A DNA stretch of 52,259 bases, taken from assembly GCA_025325205.1 (NCBI GenBank), contig GCA_025325205.1_4770.1, one strand, 5' to 3'. Below, one piece after another: positions 1 to 7,683 of this stretch (position 1 is its first letter; every line of letters starts with the position of its first letter). Source of the stretch: a phage. The translations under genes were made by a program, and so were the position numbers. Under the pieces are notes generated by a model. That model saw only the letters and a list, made by a program, of their open reading frames with translations. It was not told where the DNA came from and made no database searches.

Positions 1-53
1 TGAGAATAAAGACTATATTCCAATCCCAGTTCGGCGACACTTATAACCCCTTA

Positions 54-488
54 CTATGCCATGTGGATACCCGCGAGCAAGACTTCATCAGAATAAGGTT
101 GTACACCGTTCTCATGTTTAATAATCGCTTTCACGATCGCAAGCATGAGCTTATCATCGGTCAATGAAATCGGCTGTTCTGCACCAACACCACAAGCCTT
201 AGACACAGATTGAATATAGGCTTCAGTGTTATTTTCATTCGGCGGAGCCCAGCGTGAAATAATTTCCCGTACAGTGTCAATTCCCTTATTACCGACGCGC
301 TTCATCCCTTCGCGGTTGCGGTAGTTTAGTAGAATACGCGCAATGGCGCGAATACCGTATTTTACATCGATAAATTGACAGAAAGAACGGTCAGTTCGTT
401 TATCTTCTGGAACAAGACCTTTCCAGTTATCACCCCAACGAATATTTCCAGGATTGTTATTCCGGATGCCTCGTGGTTGCACAGTCAT
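54..488 (-). CDS. putative endolysin (peptidoglycan hydrolase), family not assignable by eye
   Basis: 144-aa ORF, last gene of a minus-strand block with an overlapped spanin pair directly upstream; call rests on gene context only. Confidence 0.3.
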   Translation of the reverse strand: MTVQPRGIRNNNPGNIRWGDNWKGLVPEDKRTDRSFCQFIDVKYGIRAIARILLNYRNREGMKRVGNKGIDTVREIISRWAPPNENNTEAYIQSVSKACGVGAEQPISLTDDKLMLAIVKAIIKHENGVQPYSDEVLLAGIHMA

Positions 489-579
489 AAAAAAGCTCCA
501 TTCAGTTAAACCGAATAGAGCATAGTTGAATTATCACACGCGCACAATCAATTATGTGCGATTAAGATTGAACGTTTAG

Positions 580-924
580 TTACGCAATCCGGCAAGGACT
601 TTGCAGTTTATCACCTTTCTTTATGCGGATTTCGCATTGCATCATATTGTAGTTCGCACTGCTCGCCGGCAAGACGATACTTTTCAGCCTCTTCTGCCAC
701 TTGTCTGTATTCTGTGACGCTTTCTGAATACAGCTCGGTGAGCACACGGGCGATCTGGGCGGTTGTCTTGCTGTCGGGCTGAGGGCCGGTAGCGTCACCG
801 AGGTACTTACGGATGGTTGCGATTTCGTTGTGCAACCTGTCATTAGTAGCACGATAATCATTAAGATCGGCAACCAAAGACTCAATGCGAGATTGGTACT
901 GGCGTTCGATAACGTCTTTCTCAT
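580..924 (-). CDS. o-spanin (Rz1-like outer-membrane lipoprotein) in alternate frame overlapping the i-spanin gene
   Basis: Internal ATG (reverse complement of cat at 922-924) gives MRKTLSNASTNLALSLWLPILMIIVLLMTG-C: basic n-region, hydrophobic core, lipobox-like MTGC, then Pro/Ser-rich mature part; frame differs from 611-1111 and runs past its stop. Confidence 0.45.
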   Translation of the reverse strand: MRKTLSNASTNLALSLWLPILMIIVLLMTGCTTKSQPSVSTSVTLPALSPTARQPPRSPVCSPSCIQKASQNTDKWQKRLKSIVLPASSANYNMMQCEIRIKKGDKLQSPCRIA

Positions 925-1111
925 ATGCTCTTCGTTTCTCCTCCTCGAAATCAACCGCTTTCTGAGTTTCTTTTTGGTACGACACACCGGCATCGAAACC
1001 CTCCTTTCTAGCTGTTTCTATGGCATTGTCATAAGCCCAGTTGGCTAGAATAACAATTAGGACAAGTGGTATCCAAGGTGCAACCAAACCGATTATTTTT
1101 CTAAGGAACAT
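611..1111 (-). CDS. i-spanin (Rz-like)
   Basis: 166 aa; N-terminal hydrophobic helix (IIGLVAPWIPLVLIVILANWA) followed by charged, coiled-coil-like periplasmic region; contains the o-spanin ORF in another frame. Confidence 0.5.
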   Translation of the reverse strand: MFLRKIIGLVAPWIPLVLIVILANWAYDNAIETARKEGFDAGVSYQKETQKAVDFEEEKRRAYEKDVIERQYQSRIESLVADLNDYRATNDRLHNEIATIRKYLGDATGPQPDSKTTAQIARVLTELYSESVTEYRQVAEEAEKYRLAGEQCELQYDAMRNPHKER

Positions 1112-1320
1112 ACCTTCTCACCAATTCCCATAGACAAGTATTGAATCGCAAGAAGAAATGCTATAGCTTCCTTCGTATCCCCTAAGTCTTTAAAGGCCTT
1201 GAATTTATCTTCAAGTTGCTGTACGTGCTTCTCGAATTGTGGCAAGGCCTCAATCTCAGCGGCAGCTCCGCGCATATACACTCTTGCAGCCGCTAATTGT
1301 GCGTTAGAAGGATCACTCAT
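1093..1320 (-). CDS. hypothetical protein (possible holin/antiholin-type small protein)
   Basis: 75-aa ORF directly upstream of spanins; one hydrophobic stretch (AIAFLLAIQYLSMGIG); ATGA-type overlap with upstream ORF. Confidence 0.3.
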   Translation of the reverse strand: MSDPSNAQLAAARVYMRGAAAEIEALPQFEKHVQQLEDKFKAFKDLGDTKEAIAFLLAIQYLSMGIGEKVCSLEK

Positions 1321-1532
1321 GATGTTCTCCAGATTACACTATTTCGAATTTCATCATTCCAAACGTATTTCCCCTTCTCACCATTTTTATAGGATGGAAC
1401 AGAGAAAACGGAGGAACTTGGATATAGATCTGATGTTGTTAAGCGTATACGCTTACCGTCAAAAGGTCCACCAACACAAAGGAACAGACCAGTCTTAGGT
1501 TTCTTCAAAATGGTTCCTCCTCTGTTGTACAC
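1317..1532 (-). CDS. hypothetical protein
   Basis: 71-aa ORF filling the gap between neighbouring minus-strand genes; no motif recognised. Confidence 0.25.
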   Translation of the reverse strand: MYNRGGTILKKPKTGLFLCVGGPFDGKRIRLTTSDLYPSSSVFSVPSYKNGEKGKYVWNDEIRNSVIWRTS

Positions 1533-1999
1533 TGAGCCATTTTAAGAGTATAAGCTACGTCATAGAAGTCAACACCTTGACCACAGCTATCGCAGTAGTG
1601 GCAGGCCAATCTCACAGCCTCTTCTGCGCCGCGACCTGCCGCCATTGTACCCATCAAGAACTCAAAGGCACTACCCTCGGCAATAAATTCATTAGTGTCT
1701 GGTAGACCTAATTTACCATCCCCATAGATAGGATACACGACAAGTTCCTGCGTCACTGCAATACCATAACGCGAATCCGGAATTAAATCAGAGAAAGGTT
1801 CTTTACGACCACGAACCGTAGTTTTCAGATGTTCTACAATGTCACTTACAGGACGTAGTTTACCAGACATTGCAACAAGGCACAGTCCAATCCCTGGAAT
1901 ATTGACAGTATGAACTTTATCTGTAGTTGTTGCAATATTACCCCATGTAACCTGACGATCTACTGCCAATATACCATTACGATAAGCAATTGCGGTCAT
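1505..1999 (-). CDS. putative HslV/proteasome-like Ntn-hydrolase (threonine peptidase family)
   Basis: Starts MTAIAYRNGILAVDRQVTWGN, resembling the HslV N-terminus (Met-Thr then hydrophobic strand, RNG, GDxQ/TxGN pattern) as I recall it; Gly-rich GSAFEF...AAGRGAEEA segment later. Confidence 0.35.
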   Translation of the reverse strand: MTAIAYRNGILAVDRQVTWGNIATTTDKVHTVNIPGIGLCLVAMSGKLRPVSDIVEHLKTTVRGRKEPFSDLIPDSRYGIAVTQELVVYPIYGDGKLGLPDTNEFIAEGSAFEFLMGTMAAGRGAEEAVRLACHYCDSCGQGVDFYDVAYTLKMAQCTTEEEPF

Positions 2000-2349
2000 A
2001 TTAAACGCCCATATATGTGATAAATTTTATAAGCAGTGGAAAGACCAATATTAAATTCTTTCGCTGCAACCTGAAATCTATTCTCTTTACCAGTGTAATT
2101 TCTAAGAAATTGATAAATTTCCTCTTTATCCAAGTGCCTGTTTCGCACAAGTGTAGTGGACCCAAGCCGGCGCATTTCGAGCGTAGCCGCGAATCTTCGC
2201 TTGATCTGAGCTACTGTACCAACGTACCAATACTTTGCCCCATTTTGCCCAATAGCCGCGTGGACGCATCGCGGCGTACCTGTTTTAGCGAACTTGCGCT
2301 TTGCAAATTCACACGCGAGTTCCGCATTGTCAAAACGTTGCAAGCCCAT
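1996..2349 (-). CDS. hypothetical protein (weak GIY-YIG-like signature plus C-terminal helix-turn-helix-like segment)
   Basis: 117 aa; AKYWYVGTVAQIKRR resembles the YIG..R half of GIY-YIG motifs; assignment uncertain. Confidence 0.3.
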   Translation of the reverse strand: MGLQRFDNAELACEFAKRKFAKTGTPRCVHAAIGQNGAKYWYVGTVAQIKRRFAATLEMRRLGSTTLVRNRHLDKEEIYQFLRNYTGKENRFQVAAKEFNIGLSTAYKIYHIYGRLI

Positions 2350-2352
2350 AAA

Positions 2353-2793
2353 TCACCCCGGCAATATAATTTCGTAATCAATCAGGAAAGACCGCAGAGG
2401 ATACGCCAGATCGTTACCCTCTGCAACGTGGTCATAGGAATAGTATTGTTTCCCTTGCAGACCTTTACACGGGTCGTATACCTTAACATCACCGAAGCGA
2501 GCGTCAATAATGATCTGATGGAAAAGTCCAGGTAACTGCAAAGAGGGTACAGTCGCAAGATACAAGCGCCCAGGTCGAATTTGGTGCATACCGGCAGTGA
2601 TATGCGGCTGTGCAAAGACACCGTGCTTATACAGATAGTTCGACACGTCAGTAAAACCATGAATATAATCATTTGTGAACTCGTCATATACCTGCTCAGG
2701 GTCTTTGTCAAGAAGCATAGCAAGGCAGGTAGGGATGCAAGCCATTATACTTTTCTGAGTTTTATGCTTGATTGGATCGTTGATAGTAATCAT
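2353..2793 (-). CDS. putative papain-fold cysteine peptidase (C39-like)
   Basis: 146 aa; N-terminal ACIPTCLAMLL resembles the C39 nucleophile motif (DCGxACLxMI); downstream His residues (YIHGF, YDHVAEG). Confidence 0.35.
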   Translation of the reverse strand: MITINDPIKHKTQKSIMACIPTCLAMLLDKDPEQVYDEFTNDYIHGFTDVSNYLYKHGVFAQPHITAGMHQIRPGRLYLATVPSLQLPGLFHQIIIDARFGDVKVYDPCKGLQGKQYYSYDHVAEGNDLAYPLRSFLIDYEIILPG

Positions 2794-3131
2794 TAGAACA
2801 CTTCCTTAAACAAATCAAATTTAACATGCTCGTAGATTTTATTCAGCTGAGTTAGCTTGCGAATAAATTCTTTACTGGTATTCTCGTCAATTGCACAGGT
2901 ATCCGTCTGGATCTTCCATGTATCAGAACGCAAACGTAGCAAGAATGAACCGTTCGGATAAACCGTCTTCGCTTCTGGCATATAGTGCAGAATGCAGGAT
3001 ATTGTTCCTTCAGGTGGTATAAGAACAATATAAGTATCATTCACGTCGCTGTGACTAATAATCCAACCGCTCTGTAGTAAAGTATCGCGGAGCTGGCAAT
3101 ACATTTTCGGAATAACGATATCTTTGGCCAT
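2793..3131 (-). CDS. hypothetical protein
   Basis: 112-aa ORF, start/stop overlap with neighbours (operon-like packing). Confidence 0.35.
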   Translation of the reverse strand: MAKDIVIPKMYCQLRDTLLQSGWIISHSDVNDTYIVLIPPEGTISCILHYMPEAKTVYPNGSFLLRLRSDTWKIQTDTCAIDENTSKEFIRKLTQLNKIYEHVKFDLFKEVF

Positions 3132-3496
3132 TATTGCACTTCCACAATTAACAATTCACCATGACGTTCACGAGCGAGATTATATAAATCTTGTTTCTGC
3201 TCAATACTTAATTCGCAGTCAAGAATGGCAATATCACAATGGAAGCCACTCGTACGAATAACAGTGTCTTCATACGAGTCTCTGCGATGAGCAACCAAAC
3301 GAAGGTGGAAACGATCAAACTGTACCACAGATGACTCGCGCGACAGTTGTACACACCGAACGAACTCAGGATCTTCGCGCAACACTTCTTCGAGCTTCCT
3401 GCGATATTCGTTAGCAGGACATAAAACAAAAGCTACGCGATCGTCTTTCAGCTGTGGTCGTAAGATAGACCAGGCTTTAACTATATTCTCGTTCAT
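3131..3496 (-). CDS. hypothetical protein
   Basis: 121-aa ORF, first gene of the minus-strand block, upstream of a long noncoding region. Confidence 0.4.
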   Translation of the reverse strand: MNENIVKAWSILRPQLKDDRVAFVLCPANEYRRKLEEVLREDPEFVRCVQLSRESSVVQFDRFHLRLVAHRRDSYEDTVIRTSGFHCDIAILDCELSIEQKQDLYNLARERHGELLIVEVQ

Positions 3497-3997
3497 ATAA
3501 ACCCCTTTAACGTTAACGGAATAACTATAACAGGATACGCAAGTTGATTAACATAGCCGGCCGCAACAATTAATAACCACAGTTAACTGTCTCGTGTGCT
3601 TTAAATCTTGTGCGGCAGAATCAGTTACACATACCAGAAACCGAATCTTGTAAACTCATCTCGAGTATTTACATACGGAATTAACTTTATACGAACAATA
3701 TAGGGCAGGTGAGGTGAGGATATAAAGTGTCTAGTGACGAGATAATCTACAAACGATGAATCCTTGGCAGAGATCTAAGAGCCGCCCGCGGCGTTACTAT
3801 AACGTCCCGTGATCGTCAGTGAGGTGATTGTTACGCCATGTGACTGTTACTTGTTCTATTGTTATGTTGTTTATTGTTACACGCGTTATTATTTTTTATT
3901 TGATTAGTATACTATCTATTACAGGACTATACTATAATGTCCAGTATAATTACGTCTGTTACTATCCACCTGCCCACTATGTGCTGTCTATGTATGT

Positions 3998-4066
3998 GCT
4001 ACCTGGTATTTCCTGCGCGTGCTGTTACCTGGTATTTTCAGCACACTCGCGCTACCTGGTATTTCC
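3998..4066. repeat. three direct repeats of G(C/T)TACCTGGTATTT(C/T)C with 26-27 bp period
   Basis: Copies at 3998-4013, 4024-4039, 4051-4066 read directly from sequence; lies in the divergent intergenic region between minus-strand and plus-strand gene blocks. Confidence 0.8.
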
Positions 4067-4150
4067 GGCACACCGTCTACCGTATAGTCCCGGATGTTAT
4101 TATTATTATGAAACACAACTAAAAAAGTTCTAAAATAATGCAGATAATAG

Positions 4151-4179
4151 TTGCATCTGATACCCTGTTGTCATACTAT
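4151..4179 (+). promoter_or_regulatory. candidate sigma70 promoter (TTGCAT-N17-TACTAT)
   Basis: -35 TTGCAT 4151-4156, 17-nt spacer, -10 TACTAT 4174-4179, about 75 nt upstream of the first plus-strand early gene with AAGGGAG RBS. Confidence 0.4.
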
Positions 4180-4254
4180 AACTGCGTAGGGTAAAGGGGG
4201 TTTTAAAGCGGGACACGGGTTCCGCGCCCGCCTCACCCGAAGGGAGATTGCATT

Positions 4255-4560
4255 ATGTCCATTATCTACTTACCGCGTTCTATGTCCCAGTCACAGATCA
4301 CCAAACGTATTATCGGCAAGCGCCTGCACCAACTGGGCCTTACTGCGGAAAAGGTTGACGGGGATTGGGGTTTCGACGAGTATCTGGTAATGCTCCCGGG
4401 CAACGAAAAGTATTCCAGCACCGCGTTATATATTCGCATTAACGAGGACGGCACTGTCAGCTCTTATAGCGTAATGTACGGTCGACCAGTATGCCAAGCG
4501 AATAGCCTTTGGTCTGTGTTCTGCTTTATTACAATGATAGCTAAAGCTATCCAACAATAA
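4255..4560 (+). CDS. hypothetical early protein (paralog family with 6177-6434)
   Basis: 101 aa; N-terminal SQSQITKRIIGKR shared with ORF 6177-6434 (SMITRRIIGKR); good RBS. Confidence 0.45.
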   Translation: MSIIYLPRSMSQSQITKRIIGKRLHQLGLTAEKVDGDWGFDEYLVMLPGNEKYSSTALYIRINEDGTVSSYSVMYGRPVCQANSLWSVFCFITMIAKAIQQ

Positions 4561-4636
4561 TAGCGTGCTAATGGTTGCCCATTGTTACAGTGGGCTCCCA
4601 CTAGCAATCCGCTAGAACAACATGGAGATATTCACA

Positions 4637-5116
4637 ATGGTTACTATCACCCGCGTAGCAAAAGACGCTCGCTTCTTTGCCACTATGTCTAACGCTCGCC
4701 GTGCCTTAAAAAAGGTTCTGGATGTGGACACTGCGACAGCTAACAGCTTTATTCACCAGGAACCGCACGAGGACGGTGGTCGCTACTGGTACAGCGAAAG
4801 CGCGGTTAATAAGGCAGCTAGCGATCTGGTTGAAGCTGATAAAGCGACTGTCGTGGAAGTGACCACACAACCAGCTCCAACCGATCCCGCTAAAAGCAAA
4901 ACACGCAGCGAAACGCGCAACGGGGTCCGCCGCCCAATTAAAGGTAAATGCGCAGACGTTTGGAACGCTCTGGATAATATGTTGCCTAATGGTGTGCCAA
5001 CTATTGGTAACGTCCGTGACCTTGCGAAAGCTAATGGTTGGAATATTAATAATGCAACGATTGAATTCTACGCATGGCGTAAATTCCACGGGCTCAATAA
5101 TAAAGGGGGCAACTAA
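4637..5116 (+). CDS. hypothetical protein
   Basis: ORF 4622-5116; start chosen at ATG 4637 preceded by GGAG (4624-4627); no motif recognised. Confidence 0.4.
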   Translation: MVTITRVAKDARFFATMSNARRALKKVLDVDTATANSFIHQEPHEDGGRYWYSESAVNKAASDLVEADKATVVEVTTQPAPTDPAKSKTRSETRNGVRRPIKGKCADVWNALDNMLPNGVPTIGNVRDLAKANGWNINNATIEFYAWRKFHGLNNKGGN

Positions 5117-5118
5117 TT

Positions 5119-5193
5119 ATGTTCTACTTATTAGCTTTCTTGGTGTTCGGTGCTCCAATAGTTGCGGGCCTTTATTATACGGAGGGCAAATAA
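5119..5193 (+). CDS. candidate 24-aa hydrophobic micro-protein (MFYLLAFLVFGAPIVAGLYYTEGK)
   Basis: ATG 5119 with GGGGG upstream; single predicted TM-like segment; below the ORF-track length cutoff; its 3' end carries the RBS of the next gene. Confidence 0.2.
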   Translation: MFYLLAFLVFGAPIVAGLYYTEGK

Positions 5194-5194
5194 T

Positions 5195-5380
5195 ATGGAA
5201 ACTATAGTTCTATACTGCTGGGTTGACCTGGACGAACACGAATATTGCGTGAATATTAACAACGGACCAGTCCCGGACGCAACTTTCGCATCCTATGACG
5301 AAATGGATGCGTATGTAAAAGGTTTCCGCGAGTGCGCTCGCATTGCAAATATTAACGTGACTGTAATTTTACCGGAATGA
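5195..5380 (+). CDS. hypothetical protein
   Basis: ORF 5162-5380, start chosen at ATG 5195 following GGAGGG RBS. Confidence 0.35.
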   Translation: METIVLYCWVDLDEHEYCVNINNGPVPDATFASYDEMDAYVKGFRECARIANINVTVILPE

Positions 5381-5652
5381 TTATCATGCGTAAACCTAAC
5401 CAAAATTCTTTCGTTGAAATGGCTCGTGTTGTTCTCAACCGTCAGTCCTTCTACCTGTACCACCGTCACGAGTTTGATCTGTGGACTGAAGAGGAAACGT
5501 GCTGCCAGTACGAGATCCATACCCGGAATGGTGTAATATTCACTTCCAGTAATTATCCGGAAGTTAAAGAATACTGGGACAAGCTGATCGCTGAAGCGTA
5601 TGTTGAATTCCAGAAGCAAACTATTTACCCAATGGGCCTTCGCGCTGAGTGA
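5377..5652 (+). CDS. hypothetical protein
   Basis: 91-aa ORF; ATGA start/stop overlap with upstream gene. Confidence 0.4.
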   Translation: MIIMRKPNQNSFVEMARVVLNRQSFYLYHRHEFDLWTEEETCCQYEIHTRNGVIFTSSNYPEVKEYWDKLIAEAYVEFQKQTIYPMGLRAE

Positions 5653-5687
5653 TTATTAACGGCAACATAATTTAAGGAGTGACTATC

Positions 5688-5807
5688 ATGGCTCAAGCTA
5701 TTATCACAAAATTCGTCAACCCGACAGCCGCTCGCGCTCCGCGCGTAAAAGCAACAGGCTGGAACGGTTCTGTAACTATCACATGGCGGGACGATCTGGG
5801 CGTTTAA
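5688..5807 (+). CDS. small ORF (39 aa) terminated by TAA that is followed in frame by a further 41 open codons
   Basis: AAGGAG RBS 5674-5679, ATG 5688; TAA at 5805-5807; downstream in-frame segment 5808-5930 has no ATG/GTG/TTG start. Confidence 0.3.
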   Translation: MAQAIITKFVNPTAARAPRVKATGWNGSVTITWRDDLGV

Positions 5808-5943
5808 GGCAACCACCGCTCCGCAGCGGAGGAGCTGATCAATAAGTTTAATGCTAAAGCGGGCGTTGAATTTGAGATCCTTGCTGGTGGTGAGCTCCCG
5901 GATCAAAGTGGTTACGCGTTTATTGTTCAATAAGGGGATAATT

Positions 5944-6108
5944 ATGGAACGCAACTATTTCCAGGTTATTTATCGCGGTCGTTGCTATCACATCCGCAAC
6001 AAGTTTCGCAACCTGTCCCGCGATCAACTTGAATACGCTATTAATCTGGTGAGTGATGGTCACTTCGCTACACTATCAGAAGCGTTAGAATATGTGTCCG
6101 CTGAGTGA
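5944..6108 (+). CDS. hypothetical protein
   Basis: ORF 5851-6108; start chosen at ATG 5944 after AAGGGG RBS. Confidence 0.35.
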   Translation: MERNYFQVIYRGRCYHIRNKFRNLSRDQLEYAINLVSDGHFATLSEALEYVSAE

Positions 6109-6176
6109 CATATATATTGCCCATAGTAACAGTGGGCAATAATATGCACTTCGCATAGTTAACTGAGGAAACTATT

Positions 6177-6434
6177 ATGTCTACAACATTAAACCAGTCA
6201 ATGATCACCCGTCGCATTATCGGCAAACGTATAGCTAATCTTGCGACTATCACCGCAGAGCTGGAAACTTTCGGTAATAACGCGCGCAAATATCGCGTCC
6301 GTTGCAATGGTCTTAACGTTTATTTAACAGTGTTCGACGACGGTAAAGTTCACGCGGAACTGCATACTATGGGCCGCCTGGTTGCAACCGCGTCCACGCT
6401 GGTGGGCTTCATCAACCTGTTAAAAAACTGCTAA
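6177..6434 (+). CDS. hypothetical early protein (paralog of 4255-4560)
   Basis: 85 aa; shares N-terminal ITRRIIGKR motif and EDG/DDGKV segment with ORF 4255-4560. Confidence 0.45.
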   Translation: MSTTLNQSMITRRIIGKRIANLATITAELETFGNNARKYRVRCNGLNVYLTVFDDGKVHAELHTMGRLVATASTLVGFINLLKNC

Positions 6435-6463
6435 CTTTTAAAATTGTAACGGAGATAAATAAT

Positions 6464-6712
6464 ATGAACGCTATCCATGTAAAAGCACTAGCACCGACTC
6501 AATCCAAAGGTATGCGCTTCAAAGCAGTCGGCCTCGGTATGTGTGCAGTAACTGCAAACGACTACAACCTCAACAGTGAAGCGAACGCCGCTGCCGCTGC
6601 CCAGGAGTTACTAGATAACTACAACATGCAGAACCAGTCGCTTCAACTTAAAATACTTGGAGTTGGTACGCTTCCAGATAATACCTGGGCGGTACTATTA
6701 ACTTGTAAATAA
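6464..6712 (+). CDS. hypothetical protein
   Basis: 82-aa ORF with RBS, followed by a terminator. Confidence 0.4.
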   Translation: MNAIHVKALAPTQSKGMRFKAVGLGMCAVTANDYNLNSEANAAAAAQELLDNYNMQNQSLQLKILGVGTLPDNTWAVLLTCK

Positions 6713-6735
6713 CTTCTAACTGCATTATACAATCC

Positions 6736-6772
6736 GCGCCCTGTTGAAGTCCAACGGGGCGCTTTCGTTTTT
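6736..6772 (+). terminator. rho-independent terminator
   Basis: GCGCCC (6736-6741) / GGGCGC (6757-6762) stem with TTTCGTTTTT tail, directly after the early gene block. Confidence 0.6.
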
Positions 6773-6904
6773 GTACCCGCACCACTTCCCGCGTTACCCT
6801 GCTGACCACATGTTACTCACCCATTCCTCCACCATTCGCGCTCTAAGAACCTAACTCCTTCCTCCATACATTACCATTGACTCCAATTTAATCGCCTTAT
6901 ACGC

Positions 6905-7062
6905 CCTTACAGCGATCCACTCCCTGCTTCCCTGTACGCGATTTTGGGGCATTTTCGCCCCTCACTGCCACCCTTACACTGATCCAACCGCTTTATCGCG
7001 CTACGTGCCCCGTTTTCGCGGCTATTTTCGCTTTATGGGCGACCCGCTACACCGATCCCAGC
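6905..7062. repeat. three spaced copies of a GATC-containing motif ACA(G/C)(C/T)GATCC plus TTTTCGC repeats in a noncoding region
   Basis: GATC at 6914-6917, 6981-6984, 7054-7057 each inside the conserved 10-13 nt motif; no ORF with RBS in this region. Confidence 0.6.
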
Positions 7063-7516
7063 CACCCAACCTCACCGAAAGCCACCTTTCACCGAAAAAT
7101 CCGACATTTATACCATAAAATAGAATCGTTTTCGGGCTACAAAAATTCAAACTCAAAAATCCGATTCACTTCGAGAGTCACTTCAACAAAAATCGCTTGC
7201 AATCCAGTTTTCTTTTGTGTTAGACCGCGTGCCCGCATTATGCGCGTGCGCGAGCTTGTGAGCGCCTCGTTGTTGCGCAACAAATATTTCTTATATTGTT
7301 CGTATATTTTCGCTTAATATACGAAATGAAAGGAGGTAAGTGCATGAAAAATAAGGTAAAAATGTGTATGTGTGTGTATTTATATAAATTTTATAAAGAT
7401 TTTTTATTTTTGAGTTGTCTACTGACGACCCCCACGAGACCCCTTTATAAATAATATAAGAAATAAATTTCGCAACATTGCCAAATTTCCCCTTTAAAAA
7501 CAAGCATTTCAGTATC

Positions 7517-7587
7517 GTGTTAATTTATTGTTAAAAACCTATAAATTGTTAATTTATATTTAAAGCATGTTAAATTTGTTAAATATA
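7517..7587. repeat. five TGTTAA(T/A)(T/A)T repeats in an AT-rich stretch
   Basis: tgttaatttat, ttgttaaaaac, ttgttaatttat, tgttaaatttg, ttgttaaatat read from sequence. Confidence 0.6.
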
Positions 7588-7616
7588 CCCTTCAGACTGT
7601 TGTAATTTTTTGCAAA

Positions 7617-7683
7617 AGCAAAAACTTTGCATATACAAAACACCGCAAAACATCACAGTTGCAAATAGCAAAAACTTTGCATA
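7617..7683 (+). promoter_or_regulatory. two copies of 17-bp element AGCAAAAACTTTGCATA (inverted-repeat core GCAAA-N3-TTTGC) overlapping candidate -35/-10 hexamers
   Basis: Copies at 7617-7633 and 7667-7683; TTGCAA/TTGCAT hexamers within; lies about 60-130 nt upstream of the first gene of the replication block (7745). Confidence 0.45.

Noticed and set aside
580-993. Full-length alternate-frame ORF 580-993 as called by the track
   Set aside because: The first 23 codons (MPVCRTKKKLRKRLISRRRNEEH) precede the lipoprotein signal; start moved to the internal ATG at 924
3998-4066. Possible CRISPR array
   Set aside because: Only three repeat units, period 26-27 bp with essentially no unique spacers; no CRISPR-like repeat-spacer architecture anywhere in the window
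3828-4133. Plus-strand ORFs 3828-4133 and 3937-4122 in the ORF track
   Set aside because: They lie inside the repeat-rich intergenic region, are made of repeat-derived low-complexity sequence (Tyr/Cys/Val runs), and lack an RBS; treated as noncoding
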